A stretch of DNA of 64,000 nt from Polyangiaceae bacterium. GTDB lineage: Bacteria; Myxococcota_A; Polyangia; Polyangiales; Polyangiaceae. A program made the translations under genes and the position numbers. Shown here one piece after another: positions 39,262-49,583 of the stretch; the first letter of the stretch is position 1, and every line of letters starts with the position of its first letter. The notes beneath the pieces are model-generated. The model searched no databases and was not told where the DNA came from. It worked only from the letters and a program-made list of their open reading frames with translations. The stretch spans positions 3,411,963 through 3,475,962 of the forward strand of contig CBDCTZ010000016.1 in NCBI GenBank assembly GCA_965222375.1. Direction: 5' to 3'.

Positions 39262-39485
39262 GGCCGGGGGAATCTTCCCCCGCGAGCTGTACCCAGCGAT
39301 GGACCGCACGAGGCACCAGAACACAATTCGCACGCGTGCCCCCATGGGTCCGGCGCTCTAGGCTCAAACGTGCCCACGCAAAACCATCCCACGAGCACCA
39401 ACTTGTTCGCGACGCATCAGCCCCTTCGCCAAGCGCTTCCCAGTCACGCATTATTAGCGACCTTTACAAATCCCGAAACAGGTGC

Positions 39486-40829
39486 ATGTTTGCGGGCATC
39501 GTGCCTGCTTGGTTCGACCCCCTGCGGCCCTACGTCGCGTGGCTCTTTCTGGCCGTTGCCTTGGCGGGAGCGGGATTCACCCTCAATGCCCTGCGCCCGA
39601 TCAAGGGCGGGCGGGTTTTGCTCATTCCTGCGTTCCTGAGCTCGTGGATTGTGGGCGAAATGGTTGCGCACCAGTTCGTATGGCAGCTGGTGTCGACCCT
39701 CGTCTTCGTTTGGCTCGGGGCCCTCGACCATTGGCCGGGTTGGGTTGCGCTCGGTCTCACGACAATCTCGTGGGTGGCCCTCGTCGTGATGTGGGTGAGC
39801 GCACGGCGCGCCGAGAGCGTGGTGCGGGGCGCGCTGGCGGACTTCCAGCCCTTTGACGATTGGCCGCGGGTGCCGTGGACCAAGTTGGTGACACCGCTGC
39901 TGATGGGGCGGCGTGGCGTGAATCGAACCCGCGGCGTCGAGTACCACCGGATTGGCAAGAAGCGGTTGTTGCTCGACGTGTATCAGCCCGCTCAGCCGGG
40001 TAGTCGCCGCCCCGCCGTGCTGCAGATCCACGGTGGCGGCTGGGTGCTCGGGAGCCGGCGCGATCAAGGGCTCCCGTTGCTGTACCATCTGGCCAGTCAA
40101 GGTTGGGTCGGGTTCAATGTCGACTACCGGCTCAGTCCGCGGGCGACCTTCCCGGATCACCTAGTCGACATCAAACGCGCTTTGGCGTGGATTAGGGAAC
40201 ACGCCGATGAATACGGCGTCGACCCGGACTTCCTGGTGGTGACCGGCGGCTCGGCTGGGGGCCATTTGACCGCGTTGATGGCACTGACCCAGAACGATCC
40301 GAGCTACCAACCCGGCTTCGAGAGCGCAGATACGCGAGTCCAAGCGGCGGTGCCCTTCTACGGGGTGTATTGCTTCGTCGATCGATTGAAGCTGTATGGG
40401 CCCGAGTTTTTCTCGATGCTGATCGAGCCGCTGGTGATGAAAGCGAAGCTGGCGGATGAGCCGGAAAAGTTCCACCGTGCCTCTCCCCTCGACCAGGTGA
40501 ACGGGGATGCGCCGCCGTTCTTCATCGTCCATGGGGACCGCGATACCCTTGCGCCGGTGCAGTACGCTCGAGAACTCGTGCGATTGCTTCGCGAGCGCTC
40601 CAGCGCCGCCGTCGCATACGCGGAGCTGCCCGGCGCCCAGCATGCCTTCGACATCTTCTACTCGCCGCGCAGCGTCCGCGTGGTGGAGGGGGTCGAACGG
40701 TTTCTCAGTCGCATCCATCAGAACCGTGAAGGCAAGCACGCGGATGCCGAGCCGCAGGGGCAGCGCGGGAGTAGCGCCCCAGCGCCGCCAAGTGACGCGA
40801 CCCAAACCCAACAAGAGAGCACGGTTTGA
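39486..40829 (+). CDS. membrane-anchored alpha/beta hydrolase (HSL-type esterase/lipase)
   Basis: N-terminal TMs; HGGGW oxyanion motif, GGSAGG nucleophile, HGDRD, AQHAFD. Confidence 0.92.
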   Translation: MFAGIVPAWFDPLRPYVAWLFLAVALAGAGFTLNALRPIKGGRVLLIPAFLSSWIVGEMVAHQFVWQLVSTLVFVWLGALDHWPGWVALGLTTISWVALVVMWVSARRAESVVRGALADFQPFDDWPRVPWTKLVTPLLMGRRGVNRTRGVEYHRIGKKRLLLDVYQPAQPGSRRPAVLQIHGGGWVLGSRRDQGLPLLYHLASQGWVGFNVDYRLSPRATFPDHLVDIKRALAWIREHADEYGVDPDFLVVTGGSAGGHLTALMALTQNDPSYQPGFESADTRVQAAVPFYGVYCFVDRLKLYGPEFFSMLIEPLVMKAKLADEPEKFHRASPLDQVNGDAPPFFIVHGDRDTLAPVQYARELVRLLRERSSAAVAYAELPGAQHAFDIFYSPRSVRVVEGVERFLSRIHQNREGKHADAEPQGQRGSSAPAPPSDATQTQQESTV

Positions 40830-40859
40830 CCCGGTGCCGCCCACAAGGCGAGCCGAGAG

Positions 40860-41765
40860 CTACTCGGTGCTGCTCCTCCAACCGCTAGGGCCCAACCAGA
40901 AAGTGGCTCCGAAGTAGCCGGCCTCTTTTAGGTAGCGCCCGGTCAAGGGTTCGTCGTCGATGAAGCCCTCGAAGCGGCGAAGAAAAGCGATGCCCGATCG
41001 AAGCTGAAGGTGAAAGGCCTTGCCAAGGTGCACGGTCACATGCGGCCCCACCTTGGCTACGGAGTACGCGAGAAATATTCGGCTCGCCCCGATATTCTCT
41101 GCGCCGAGGTGAAAGCGGTCTCCAGTCAGTCCACCTACGATCCCCGTGGTGACTCGCTCGGAAGTTTGGAAGCCGAGTTCCACGTGAGCGGGAGCGATTC
41201 CGGAGAGCCTCCAACGAGGTGCGAAGTGCCAGTTCAAGGCCAGCAGGGGCAAGGGTTGGAATTTGCCGGTGCGTCGGTCGTAGCCAACACCAGCGCCAAG
41301 GGAAAAATCCTTGCTGAACTCGTAGCTCCCAATACCTCGGAAGACGAAGACGACGTCGTCCTCGTGCACGTCATCTTCGAAGTCTGACGCCAACCCAGCA
41401 CCCGCGATGAACATGCTGCGCCAATGCTCACCAAATTTCTGGATCCACGCGGTGTTCAGCAGCAGCGAATGGAGTCGGTCCACAGGGATGGGTTGGTTTT
41501 CGGTCTGGATGTCGACGAAGCGATACTTGATACCCGGTGCCAGGATCGTGCCCTTCCCCAACTTGAGCCCGTAGTTCAGGCTGAGCTGGGTGTCAGTCAC
41601 CCCTACTTCGCGACTTTCCTCCCCCGCCACTGCATCCTTGCCCCGGGTCGGCGGCACGTAGTCCACGCCGGCCACGACCAGGCCCTTCGGCTGGCCCACG
41701 GCAGCGCCGGTTGCAAGTAGCGTGGTGGCTGCCAGAGCAAGCGCTGACGGTTTGCGTGGATACAT
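40860..41765 (-). CDS. outer membrane beta-barrel protein (DUF6268-like)
   Basis: Signal peptide; alternating amphipathic strands; PLPLLALNW; 25 bp downstream of the RND gene. Confidence 0.65.
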   Translation of the reverse strand: MYPRKPSALALAATTLLATGAAVGQPKGLVVAGVDYVPPTRGKDAVAGEESREVGVTDTQLSLNYGLKLGKGTILAPGIKYRFVDIQTENQPIPVDRLHSLLLNTAWIQKFGEHWRSMFIAGAGLASDFEDDVHEDDVVFVFRGIGSYEFSKDFSLGAGVGYDRRTGKFQPLPLLALNWHFAPRWRLSGIAPAHVELGFQTSERVTTGIVGGLTGDRFHLGAENIGASRIFLAYSVAKVGPHVTVHLGKAFHLQLRSGIAFLRRFEGFIDDEPLTGRYLKEAGYFGATFWLGPSGWRSSTE

Positions 41766-41790
41766 GTCGCGATGCCAAGTGCGCAGCCGA

Positions 41791-44700
41791 TTAGGGATCC
41801 ACCTTGCCGAATTTGACCCGAAAGAAGAGCGAATACAGTACCGGTACGACCCCCAAGGTCAGCACGGTCGAAAACAGCAAACCGAAGATGATGCTGATGG
41901 CCATGGGTTCCCACATCGGACCACCGCCGTACCACAGCGGAATCAGACCGAGCACGGTGGTGAAGGTGGTCAGCAGGATAGGGCGGAGGCGGCGTTGAGC
42001 CGACTCGATGATCGCGCGGGCTGGCGGGTGACCGTTTTCTTCAATCTCTATCTTGATGCGATCGATCAGAACGATGGCGTTGTTGATCACGATCCCGGCT
42101 AGGGAAATGATCCCGAGCGTTGTCATGAAGCCGACGTAGGAATCGGCGACTAGCAGCCCGACGGTGACACCGATGAGAGACAGAGGGATCGCCATCAGAA
42201 CGATGAAGGGCCGACGGATCGAGTTGAACTGCATCACCAGAAGTAAGATGATGACGAGCGCTGCGATGGGCAGTTTGTCCGCGATGGCTTGGTTGGCGTC
42301 GGCGCTGCCTTTGCCATCGCCACCGAGCTCCCAGCGCATCGACGGACCCCACTCCTTCGCCTTGCCATCGAGCCAAGGCACGATCTGCGCGTTGACTTCC
42401 GCGGCGGTGGTATCGCCCTCCACATCCGCGCGGACCTCCATGGTCTTGAGGCGATCGCGGCGCAAGATCTTGGCGGGTTCCCAGACGATGTCGACGTCGG
42501 CTACCTGCTTGAGGGGCACCGAGCGGGTGCTTTGGGCAGCGTAGACCTTGAGGGTATCGAGCTTGCCCAGGTCATCTCGGTCAGCGACCTTGGCACGCAG
42601 CACGACCGGTATGCTGTCGTCGCCCTCGCGGTAATCCGTCACCGTGATGCCGCTCAGGGAGGTTTTCAAGGAGGTGGCCACATCGCGGTTGGACAGCCCA
42701 GAGCGGCGAACCCGCGCCGGGTCGATCTGCACGATCAGCTTCTTGATCCGCTGCCCCCAGTTGTCACGAATGTTGGTCACACCCGACGTGTCGGCCAGCT
42801 TGTCTTTGACCTCCTGGGCGTGGGCGTACAGGCCTTGCTCCGTCCGGGCTTGGATCTTGTAGACCACTGGCGCCGTTGCGGGGGCACCTGCCGCCCTCAG
42901 TCGCACCGTCGCCACGGTATCTGGGAAGTTGTCGGCCACGAACTTGCGCACCTTGGGCATGGCCGCGGACGCCGCGTCGAAGTCCGTTGCGGTCACGATC
43001 AAGACACTGAACTCAGGTGCGGATTCGGGACCCGAGTAGCCCAGATAGAAGCGTGGCCCACCTTCCCCGATGAACGTGGCCCAGTGCTTCAGCCCGCTCT
43101 TGCGCTGCTCATTGACCTGGAGCTCTCGGTTGAGAAAGCCCTCCAGCTTGGCGGTGACCTGCCGAGTGTGCTCGATCGCCGTGCCCGTGGGTAGCTCGAG
43201 TTCGACGGTGAAAGACGGATTGTCCGACGCCGGGAAGAAGAGTTTGCGGACGTAGCCCAGGCCCTGGATCGCCGCGAAGAACGTAGCGGCGACAACCGCG
43301 AGGGTCACGACTCGATGCCGGAGCACGGTCAACAGCCCAGCCCGATACAAGCGATAGAAGCGTGTGTTGTAGGTCCCTTCGCTCGCGACTTTGGGAGCCT
43401 TCAGGAGCTTTGCGCAAAACAGCGGAATGACGGTGATGGACAGAATCCAGGAACAGAGCAGCGTGATCGTGACCACCTTGAACAGGGGTGCGGTGTACTC
43501 GCCAACGGTAGACTCCGCGAGGTAGATCGGCAGGAACGCTGCAGATGTCGTTAGCGATGCGATCAGCAGGGGCAGCGCGAGTTCCACCGATGAACGCACT
43601 GCGGCATCCGTGGCGGACTTGCCTTCGCCCATCTGTACCAGGGTGGATTCCGCCACTACGACGGCGTTGTCCACCAGCATCCCGAGGGCGATGATCAGTG
43701 CCGCCAACGATATCTGGTCCAGCCCGACACCGAAGATGGACATGACGAATAGCGCCGATGCCATCGCCATGGGGATCAGGGTGGAAACGACCAAGCCCGT
43801 TCTGAGGCCCAGGAAGAGCAGCATCGCCAAGAGCACCACGCCAATGGCCTGAAGTAGGTTCGAGACGAAGTCGTCGACCTTGGTCTCCACGTCGCCAGGC
43901 TGAAAGATGACGATGTCGAAGCTGACGCCAATGGGGTAACTTCGTTCGACTTCTTCCAGCCGCTTCTTGACCGCCGTGCCGAGGTCGACGAGGTTGCCGC
44001 CCTCTCGCATCGCTACGGCCAGGGCAAGGCCTGGCGTGCCTGAATGGTGGTAGAACTTGGATGGCGGATCGACGTAGCTGCGCTGGACTCGCGCCACTTC
44101 CTTCAGCGGCAGCACGTTTCTGTTGGGGAGCTGGATCAGCGTCTCTTCGATGTCTTTGACGGACTCGAAGTTGCCGCTCGGCTCCAACGAGTAGCGCTCG
44201 TCGCCAGCCCGCACCCGCCCACCCGCAATGAGGATGTTCTGACCCTGGAGGATGGACTGCATCTGGCCCGGTGAGAGGCCGAGCTCAGACAAACGCTCGT
44301 TGTCGAATTCGATGAAAACGCGCTCTTCCTGGGCTCCGTAGATGTCTACCTTGGCGACGTCATCGATGCGCAATAGCTCATCGCGAACTTCATCGGCCAC
44401 CTCCTTGATCTCGCGGTAGTCGTAGCCGTCGCCGGTAATGCCGATCACCGTGCCGAATACGTCGCCGAACTCATCGTTCACGACCGGAGACTGAGTACCC
44501 TCTGGCAAATCCCCTTCGACGGCTTCCACCTTCCGCCGCAGCTTGTCGAAGACCTTCTGTAGGTCCTTCTTCGCGACCGAGTCCTTGAAGTTGGCGGTCA
44601 CCACGGACAAACCGGGCTGATTCTTGCTGGTGACGTCCTTCAGCTCGGGGATTTCTTGGACCTTCTTCTCGATCTTGTCGGAAACGAGCAGTTCCACTCG

Positions 44701-44871
44701 GGCGGGACCGGCTCCGGGAAAACGGGTGATGACCGTTGCGGCTCGGATCGGAAAGCCCGGATCTTCAGCTCGAGACAGACTGAAATACGCCTGGACGCCA
44801 CTGAATAGGACGCAGGCCAGGATTACAAACGTGATCCTGCTCTTGTCGATCGCTAGTCGCGTGATGTTCAT
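41791..44871 (-). CDS. RND efflux permease (AcrB/AcrD/AcrF family)
   Basis: EDP, FPGAGP, GMLVDNAVVVAE, GIVINNAIVL, RLRPILLT; 1026 aa. Confidence 0.95.
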   Translation of the reverse strand: MNITRLAIDKSRITFVILACVLFSGVQAYFSLSRAEDPGFPIRAATVITRFPGAGPARVELLVSDKIEKKVQEIPELKDVTSKNQPGLSVVTANFKDSVAKKDLQKVFDKLRRKVEAVEGDLPEGTQSPVVNDEFGDVFGTVIGITGDGYDYREIKEVADEVRDELLRIDDVAKVDIYGAQEERVFIEFDNERLSELGLSPGQMQSILQGQNILIAGGRVRAGDERYSLEPSGNFESVKDIEETLIQLPNRNVLPLKEVARVQRSYVDPPSKFYHHSGTPGLALAVAMREGGNLVDLGTAVKKRLEEVERSYPIGVSFDIVIFQPGDVETKVDDFVSNLLQAIGVVLLAMLLFLGLRTGLVVSTLIPMAMASALFVMSIFGVGLDQISLAALIIALGMLVDNAVVVAESTLVQMGEGKSATDAAVRSSVELALPLLIASLTTSAAFLPIYLAESTVGEYTAPLFKVVTITLLCSWILSITVIPLFCAKLLKAPKVASEGTYNTRFYRLYRAGLLTVLRHRVVTLAVVAATFFAAIQGLGYVRKLFFPASDNPSFTVELELPTGTAIEHTRQVTAKLEGFLNRELQVNEQRKSGLKHWATFIGEGGPRFYLGYSGPESAPEFSVLIVTATDFDAASAAMPKVRKFVADNFPDTVATVRLRAAGAPATAPVVYKIQARTEQGLYAHAQEVKDKLADTSGVTNIRDNWGQRIKKLIVQIDPARVRRSGLSNRDVATSLKTSLSGITVTDYREGDDSIPVVLRAKVADRDDLGKLDTLKVYAAQSTRSVPLKQVADVDIVWEPAKILRRDRLKTMEVRADVEGDTTAAEVNAQIVPWLDGKAKEWGPSMRWELGGDGKGSADANQAIADKLPIAALVIILLLVMQFNSIRRPFIVLMAIPLSLIGVTVGLLVADSYVGFMTTLGIISLAGIVINNAIVLIDRIKIEIEENGHPPARAIIESAQRRLRPILLTTFTTVLGLIPLWYGGGPMWEPMAISIIFGLLFSTVLTLGVVPVLYSLFFRVKFGKVDP

Positions 44872-44882
44872 GACGCTCCCGC

Positions 44883-46073
44883 CTACTTGACGGATCCGGA
44901 TGGGGCGGAGGACGCGCTAGGTGTGGGCGGCGCGCTGCTCGGCGCCGGCACTTGCAGCGGTTGCAAACGCACCCGTTGGCCGTCTTTCAGGAAGCGCAAG
45001 CCCGCCGTGACGATGAATTCGCCGGCTTTGACTCCAGACTTGATCTCGAGGCCGCTGTCCCCGATCTCTCCAACCACGGCCTTGCGCCGCTCGACCTGCG
45101 CGAAGCCCTTCTCTTTGGGAACGGCGATGAACACGAAGCGACCTTGGAGATCCTCTCCGACGGCCTTCGGCGGTACCCGTAGCGTTGGGGTTTCTCCAGA
45201 CTTGCCAAAGCTCAGGGTGACCTTTGCCGCGAGTCCGGATCGGATCCGCTTGTCTTCTTTGGCCAGGGTAATCGTCACCGGAAAGGTCGCAGCTTGGTCG
45301 TCTGCGGAAATCCCGACCTCGCTCACGGTCCCCGGGAAGGTCTCACCCGTGATGGCGTCGAAGCGCACCTCGGCGCTGGCTCCCCGCTCGATGGCACCGA
45401 TCCATCGCTCCGGCACCGCGACCTCCACTTCGGCTTTCGCCTTGGCGTTGACGATCAGTACGGGCTGCCCGGCGGAAACGTTTTCACCTTCCTCCACCAG
45501 TACCTTGGCCACCACGCCATCGATCCTCGGCTTCAGTGTGCGATCGCCCGCCTGGGACTGGAGCAGCTGCACCCGTTTTTGTCCGGCTTTCAAACCGGCC
45601 TGGGCCGAGTCGCGATTGGTGCGCGCTGTATCCAGCTCTTGCCGGGATGCCGAGTTCGCCTCGTACAGACGCCGCACTCGCTCGTAGTTGGACTTGGCGT
45701 TGCGCAGCTGCGCCTTGGACTGCTCGACCGAGGCCTTGGCCTCTTGCACCTGCAGCGAGGCCTGGCCGCTGTCCAGACTCGCGATGGTGCGGTTCTTCTT
45801 TACCTTGTCGCCGACTTTCACCTTGAGGTTCTTCACGGTGCCGGCGGCTTTGAAGGACAGGTTCTTCTTGGAACCCGCCTGCGCCACGCCCGCGAGGGTT
45901 TGAGTCTGCTGACCGCCCCTGGCAACCACGACCTCGTAGCGAACAGGACGAATCACCTCCTCGGCGACGGGCTCTTCGGACTTCTTGCCGCAGGCGCTGC
46001 AGAAAAGCGCCAGGGCGATGAGCCACTGCCCAGCGATGCGCAACGCGCGGCCATTATGAGCGTAGCGATTCAT
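44883..46073 (-). CDS. RND periplasmic adaptor (MFP) lipoprotein
   Basis: Lipobox CSAC; lipoyl half VKVGDKVKK; alpha hairpin; GVKAGEFIVTAG. Confidence 0.93.
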   Translation of the reverse strand: MNRYAHNGRALRIAGQWLIALALFCSACGKKSEEPVAEEVIRPVRYEVVVARGGQQTQTLAGVAQAGSKKNLSFKAAGTVKNLKVKVGDKVKKNRTIASLDSGQASLQVQEAKASVEQSKAQLRNAKSNYERVRRLYEANSASRQELDTARTNRDSAQAGLKAGQKRVQLLQSQAGDRTLKPRIDGVVAKVLVEEGENVSAGQPVLIVNAKAKAEVEVAVPERWIGAIERGASAEVRFDAITGETFPGTVSEVGISADDQAATFPVTITLAKEDKRIRSGLAAKVTLSFGKSGETPTLRVPPKAVGEDLQGRFVFIAVPKEKGFAQVERRKAVVGEIGDSGLEIKSGVKAGEFIVTAGLRFLKDGQRVRLQPLQVPAPSSAPPTPSASSAPSGSVK

Positions 46074-48508
46074 CGGGCCCCCCGTGAACCATCTTGGAGT
46101 TGGCGGCTTGCGAGGTAGGTGTCCAAGCGTTTGAAGAAGGCTTCGCCGCCCTTCTTATCCGCCGAGAGCACTCCGATCGCGCGCCGAACTTCGACGACGT
46201 CCGCCAGGAAGTCGTACACCGCGTTGGACGCCGCCAGCTCCGCCGCAAGAGTCTGGTTCTGCGCGTCCAGCAGCGTCAGGATCGTCGTCGAACCCGCCGA
46301 GTAAGCTGCGGTGACCAACTTGAGGTTCCCGCGGGCGGCCTTCGCGGCGTCCCCGGTCAGGCGCACGCCCGGGTAGGATGCGCCCGCGCGGTGCAACGCA
46401 ACTCGGATGCGTTGACGAATCAGCTGCGTTCGGTTCTTCGCCTCCAGAGTGAGCTGGAGCATTTCGGCCTCGGCCTTGCGCGTGCGGGCATAGCGCGCTC
46501 CGCCCTCGAACAACGGCAGCTGAGCCACAGCTGCAACTTGCCAATCCAAGTTGTCCGGACTGCTGAACACGCCCTGAAACTGCGGCGGGAGCGTGGCGGG
46601 CTCGCTTCCCTCGCCGTCCTTCAAGAAGCGATGGGTCAGGGACGCCTGAAGGGAGAAGCTCGGCAGGTAGTAGGCGTTCCGGTTGGACTTCAGCTCGCGC
46701 CGCTTGGCGGCGATGGCGAGGCGTGTCGCTTTGAGTTCCGGCGCGATCCGCGTCGCCTCTTTTTCGAAGAAATCCCGCAACACGCGAAAGCGAAACGGGT
46801 TGTTCACGTAGTGGGCGATACGCTTTTCGCTCTGGAGCATCGAGGTGGCTGCCATCGACGACTCTCGGGTCAAGAACGGTTCTTCCAGAGGTCGGTTGAG
46901 CAGCCGGTTGAGTTCCATTTCCGAGAGGTTGCGCTGGGAAGCGGAGTTGATCAGGTTGCGGCGGTCATTGGCAATCTGGGACTCCCAGCGGAACACCTCG
47001 GCCGAACTACCACTGCCAATCAACTTCCGCTTTCGGGCGAGTGCCAGGTTTGACCGGGATAGGTTCAGGTTGTTCCGCTGGATGCGTTCCGCGTTCTGCG
47101 CCCTGAGCAGATTCAGGTAGGCAACCGCGACGTCGCGTACGACGTCTAGGCGAACCGCATCCCGCTCGTGGGCCACGGACTTCAGCGCGATCTTGCGGAC
47201 CTTCAGGTTCGCGTAGATCTTTTCGTTGTACAAAGATTGATTGAGAGTTGCGGACCAGGACAGCGTGCGCTCCGCGGCCGACGTGCCAGCGCGGTCCTTG
47301 TCGATCCATACGCCCTGGGCGCCGACGGACAGCTGGGGATACAAGCCCGCGCGAGCCTCGCGGACGTCGGCTCGCGACGCGCGAAGCTTGATTCGTGCGA
47401 TTGCCAGATCGAGATTCGTCTTGGTGGCTTCGCGGATGGCTTGCTTCAGGTTGAGCTTCCGCGTCACCTTCCCACGTTTGTGGTGCAGCAGCTCGGCTTC
47501 GGTGATCAGTGTCCAATTTGGGTAGACGCCGATCTGACGCGCGGTCGCCATGTTGATGACCAGCTGCTCGGTGGTCTGAAAGGCCTTGCTCTGGCTCGAT
47601 ACCGGTTCTTTGAGCAAGAGGCTCTGTACGTTGAGCGCCACGCGGCGGGCTAGGCGCGACAGATCGCTCGGAGCGGCGAGACCCAGCAACATTCCCCGTT
47701 GCACGTCCTCTCGACCACGCCAAGCGAAGCTGGGTAGCCGTTTGGCCGCGAGTGCCTTGGCCAATGCGGCGGTGTAGCTCTTTGGCATTTGGAGCAGCGG
47801 TCCTACGTAGACGGCTTGCACATCCGCGGGGATGGAGCGGACCGTGGCATTTGCATCGCTGCTGACTGGCACGAAGACCGCCGTGGCGCCGGCCTTCTTG
47901 AATTGAGTGACGAGAGTCTTGCGCACTCCAGGTAGCGGCTCCCCGGTGCCGCCGAGGAAAGCGATCTTCCCAAATGGGCCCAGCTCTTGGAGCAGCTTCA
48001 AGTCACGCTCGAAATCCAATTTCCAGACAACGTAGCTCAGGTTGGTGCGCCGCTTGCTGCTGCCATCACTCTGGACGAGGCCGTGGAAGCGCTCGTCCAG
48101 CATGAAGGGCGCGACGGTCGGCTTCTTGAGCCCCGAGTGGCGTGCGGCGGCGTCCGCGCTGGCGAGCCCGAATACGAACACCATGTCGACGTCGGCGTCG
48201 CCTAACAATGTGTCGAGGTGGGATTTCGCCGTTTGCTTTTTCCAATCTCCGGTCAGCTGCTTGTCCGCGGGGAAGGTCACGCTGAACTCGCCGCGAGTGA
48301 GTTCCTGCACTTCCTTCTCGATGATGCGTTGGGTGCGCTGCAGAAACTCTGATGGGCCGTCGTAGACAACTCCGATGCGAGCACTTTTGGAGCCACCTGC
48401 GACAGGCTTGCCCGCTTGGGCGGAGGCTGCAGCTGTGGTCAGCGTCGCGATCAATACGAGCAGCAGGGGAAGCCACCTGCGAGCGAACAGAAGTCGTTGC
48501 GAAGCCAT
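46070..48508 (-). CDS. TolC-family outer membrane factor with extra N-terminal substrate-binding-protein-like domain
   Basis: OEP repeats (LNLKQAIREATKTNLDL, LYPQLS, YLPSFSL, QLPLFEGG) preceded by ~320 aa alpha/beta region (IGVVYDGP...LVINMATARQIGV). Confidence 0.85.
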   Translation of the reverse strand: MASQRLLFARRWLPLLLVLIATLTTAAASAQAGKPVAGGSKSARIGVVYDGPSEFLQRTQRIIEKEVQELTRGEFSVTFPADKQLTGDWKKQTAKSHLDTLLGDADVDMVFVFGLASADAAARHSGLKKPTVAPFMLDERFHGLVQSDGSSKRRTNLSYVVWKLDFERDLKLLQELGPFGKIAFLGGTGEPLPGVRKTLVTQFKKAGATAVFVPVSSDANATVRSIPADVQAVYVGPLLQMPKSYTAALAKALAAKRLPSFAWRGREDVQRGMLLGLAAPSDLSRLARRVALNVQSLLLKEPVSSQSKAFQTTEQLVINMATARQIGVYPNWTLITEAELLHHKRGKVTRKLNLKQAIREATKTNLDLAIARIKLRASRADVREARAGLYPQLSVGAQGVWIDKDRAGTSAAERTLSWSATLNQSLYNEKIYANLKVRKIALKSVAHERDAVRLDVVRDVAVAYLNLLRAQNAERIQRNNLNLSRSNLALARKRKLIGSGSSAEVFRWESQIANDRRNLINSASQRNLSEMELNRLLNRPLEEPFLTRESSMAATSMLQSEKRIAHYVNNPFRFRVLRDFFEKEATRIAPELKATRLAIAAKRRELKSNRNAYYLPSFSLQASLTHRFLKDGEGSEPATLPPQFQGVFSSPDNLDWQVAAVAQLPLFEGGARYARTRKAEAEMLQLTLEAKNRTQLIRQRIRVALHRAGASYPGVRLTGDAAKAARGNLKLVTAAYSAGSTTILTLLDAQNQTLAAELAASNAVYDFLADVVEVRRAIGVLSADKKGGEAFFKRLDTYLASRQLQDGSRGAR

Positions 48509-48615
48509 CTTTCTCCTACGCGATTGCTATGCTCGCTGCGGACTTAGCCGAGGCGTCAACCGATGTCGAGAGCACCAACCATCGGGCATCGGCTATCTGT
48601 GGGCCAAGCGCTAAG

Positions 48616-49299
48616 CTATCCAGCTGAGCGTACTTTCGGGACTCTGTCTGGTGTGAGCTGCCGCCCGCGGTACACACCCACTAGACGCCCGATGAACACT
48701 GCCAGGTAGACTTGACTCGCCAGCGCTTCAGCTACACCTAGGCGGCGTGCAAGTGCAGTGCTCGGCACAATATCTCCGTATCCAAGTGTGGTCAGGGTTA
48801 CGAAGCTGAAGTAGGTGAAATCAATCCCACCCTTCGGTGCGGCGCTGCCCCCGGCAAACGAACCGGGCTGGAGGAGTTCGAGTAACGTGAAGACCAGGCC
48901 TGCCAGGAATCCGATCACCAGGTACACTGCGACGCCACCGGTGATCACGTCTCGGTTCACCTCGTTGGCGTCAAGTATCGCGGTCAGGGCGGTCCACGCC
49001 ACGTATCCGAGAAACAGAATCGCGCTGAGCAGTGATAGCGTTCCGAGCAGCTTTCCCGGCTGCGCTTCTGCGAAGGCCATGAACCCGATGGCGGGCAGAA
49101 TGAGTGCAGCACCAACGGCGAGCGTTTTTCGCTTTCGGCTCACGGCAAACAGAGCCGCCAGCAGCACCAACACGCGCACTACCACCCCGCCGATATGCCC
49201 ACTGTCCGGAGTGTCGGAGAGCAACGCGATCAAGAGCGCGGCTAGTAGCGGGACAAACCGACTGCGAAGCAGTTGGAGTGGAGTTGATTGAGCATCCAT
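48616..49299 (-). CDS. potassium channel family protein (pore with extra TMs, no RCK)
   Basis: YFSFVTLTTLGYGDIVP filter motif. Confidence 0.85.
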   Translation of the reverse strand: MDAQSTPLQLLRSRFVPLLAALLIALLSDTPDSGHIGGVVVRVLVLLAALFAVSRKRKTLAVGAALILPAIGFMAFAEAQPGKLLGTLSLLSAILFLGYVAWTALTAILDANEVNRDVITGGVAVYLVIGFLAGLVFTLLELLQPGSFAGGSAAPKGGIDFTYFSFVTLTTLGYGDIVPSTALARRLGVAEALASQVYLAVFIGRLVGVYRGRQLTPDRVPKVRSAG

Positions 49300-49583
49300 G
49301 GCGAGCAGTGTAGCTGTCGAAAAATGGCAGCTCAAAAGGACCGGGTGAGCACTCTCCACCGACGTGCCCTTCGCGGTTGGGTGGCCACCGGGTGTCAGCA
49401 GCACGGGCGAAGCGCCCTAGGGTGGCCCAGGGTGGGAGTAGTGGCCCAGGGGGGAACATGGCTCACCCCGTCGGGTATCGCGAAGCGCGTCGACCCAAAC
49501 CCAATCCAGCCCAAGATGAGTACGCTCATGCTGGGGGACCCCACCCCTTGCGCTCGGCGGGCCCCTTTGCCACCTTCCTCGGC

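Noticed and set aside
49422..49451. Direct repeat GTGGCCCAGGG x2 between divergent genes
   Set aside because: Only two GC-rich copies; could be an operator but is not distinguishable from chance
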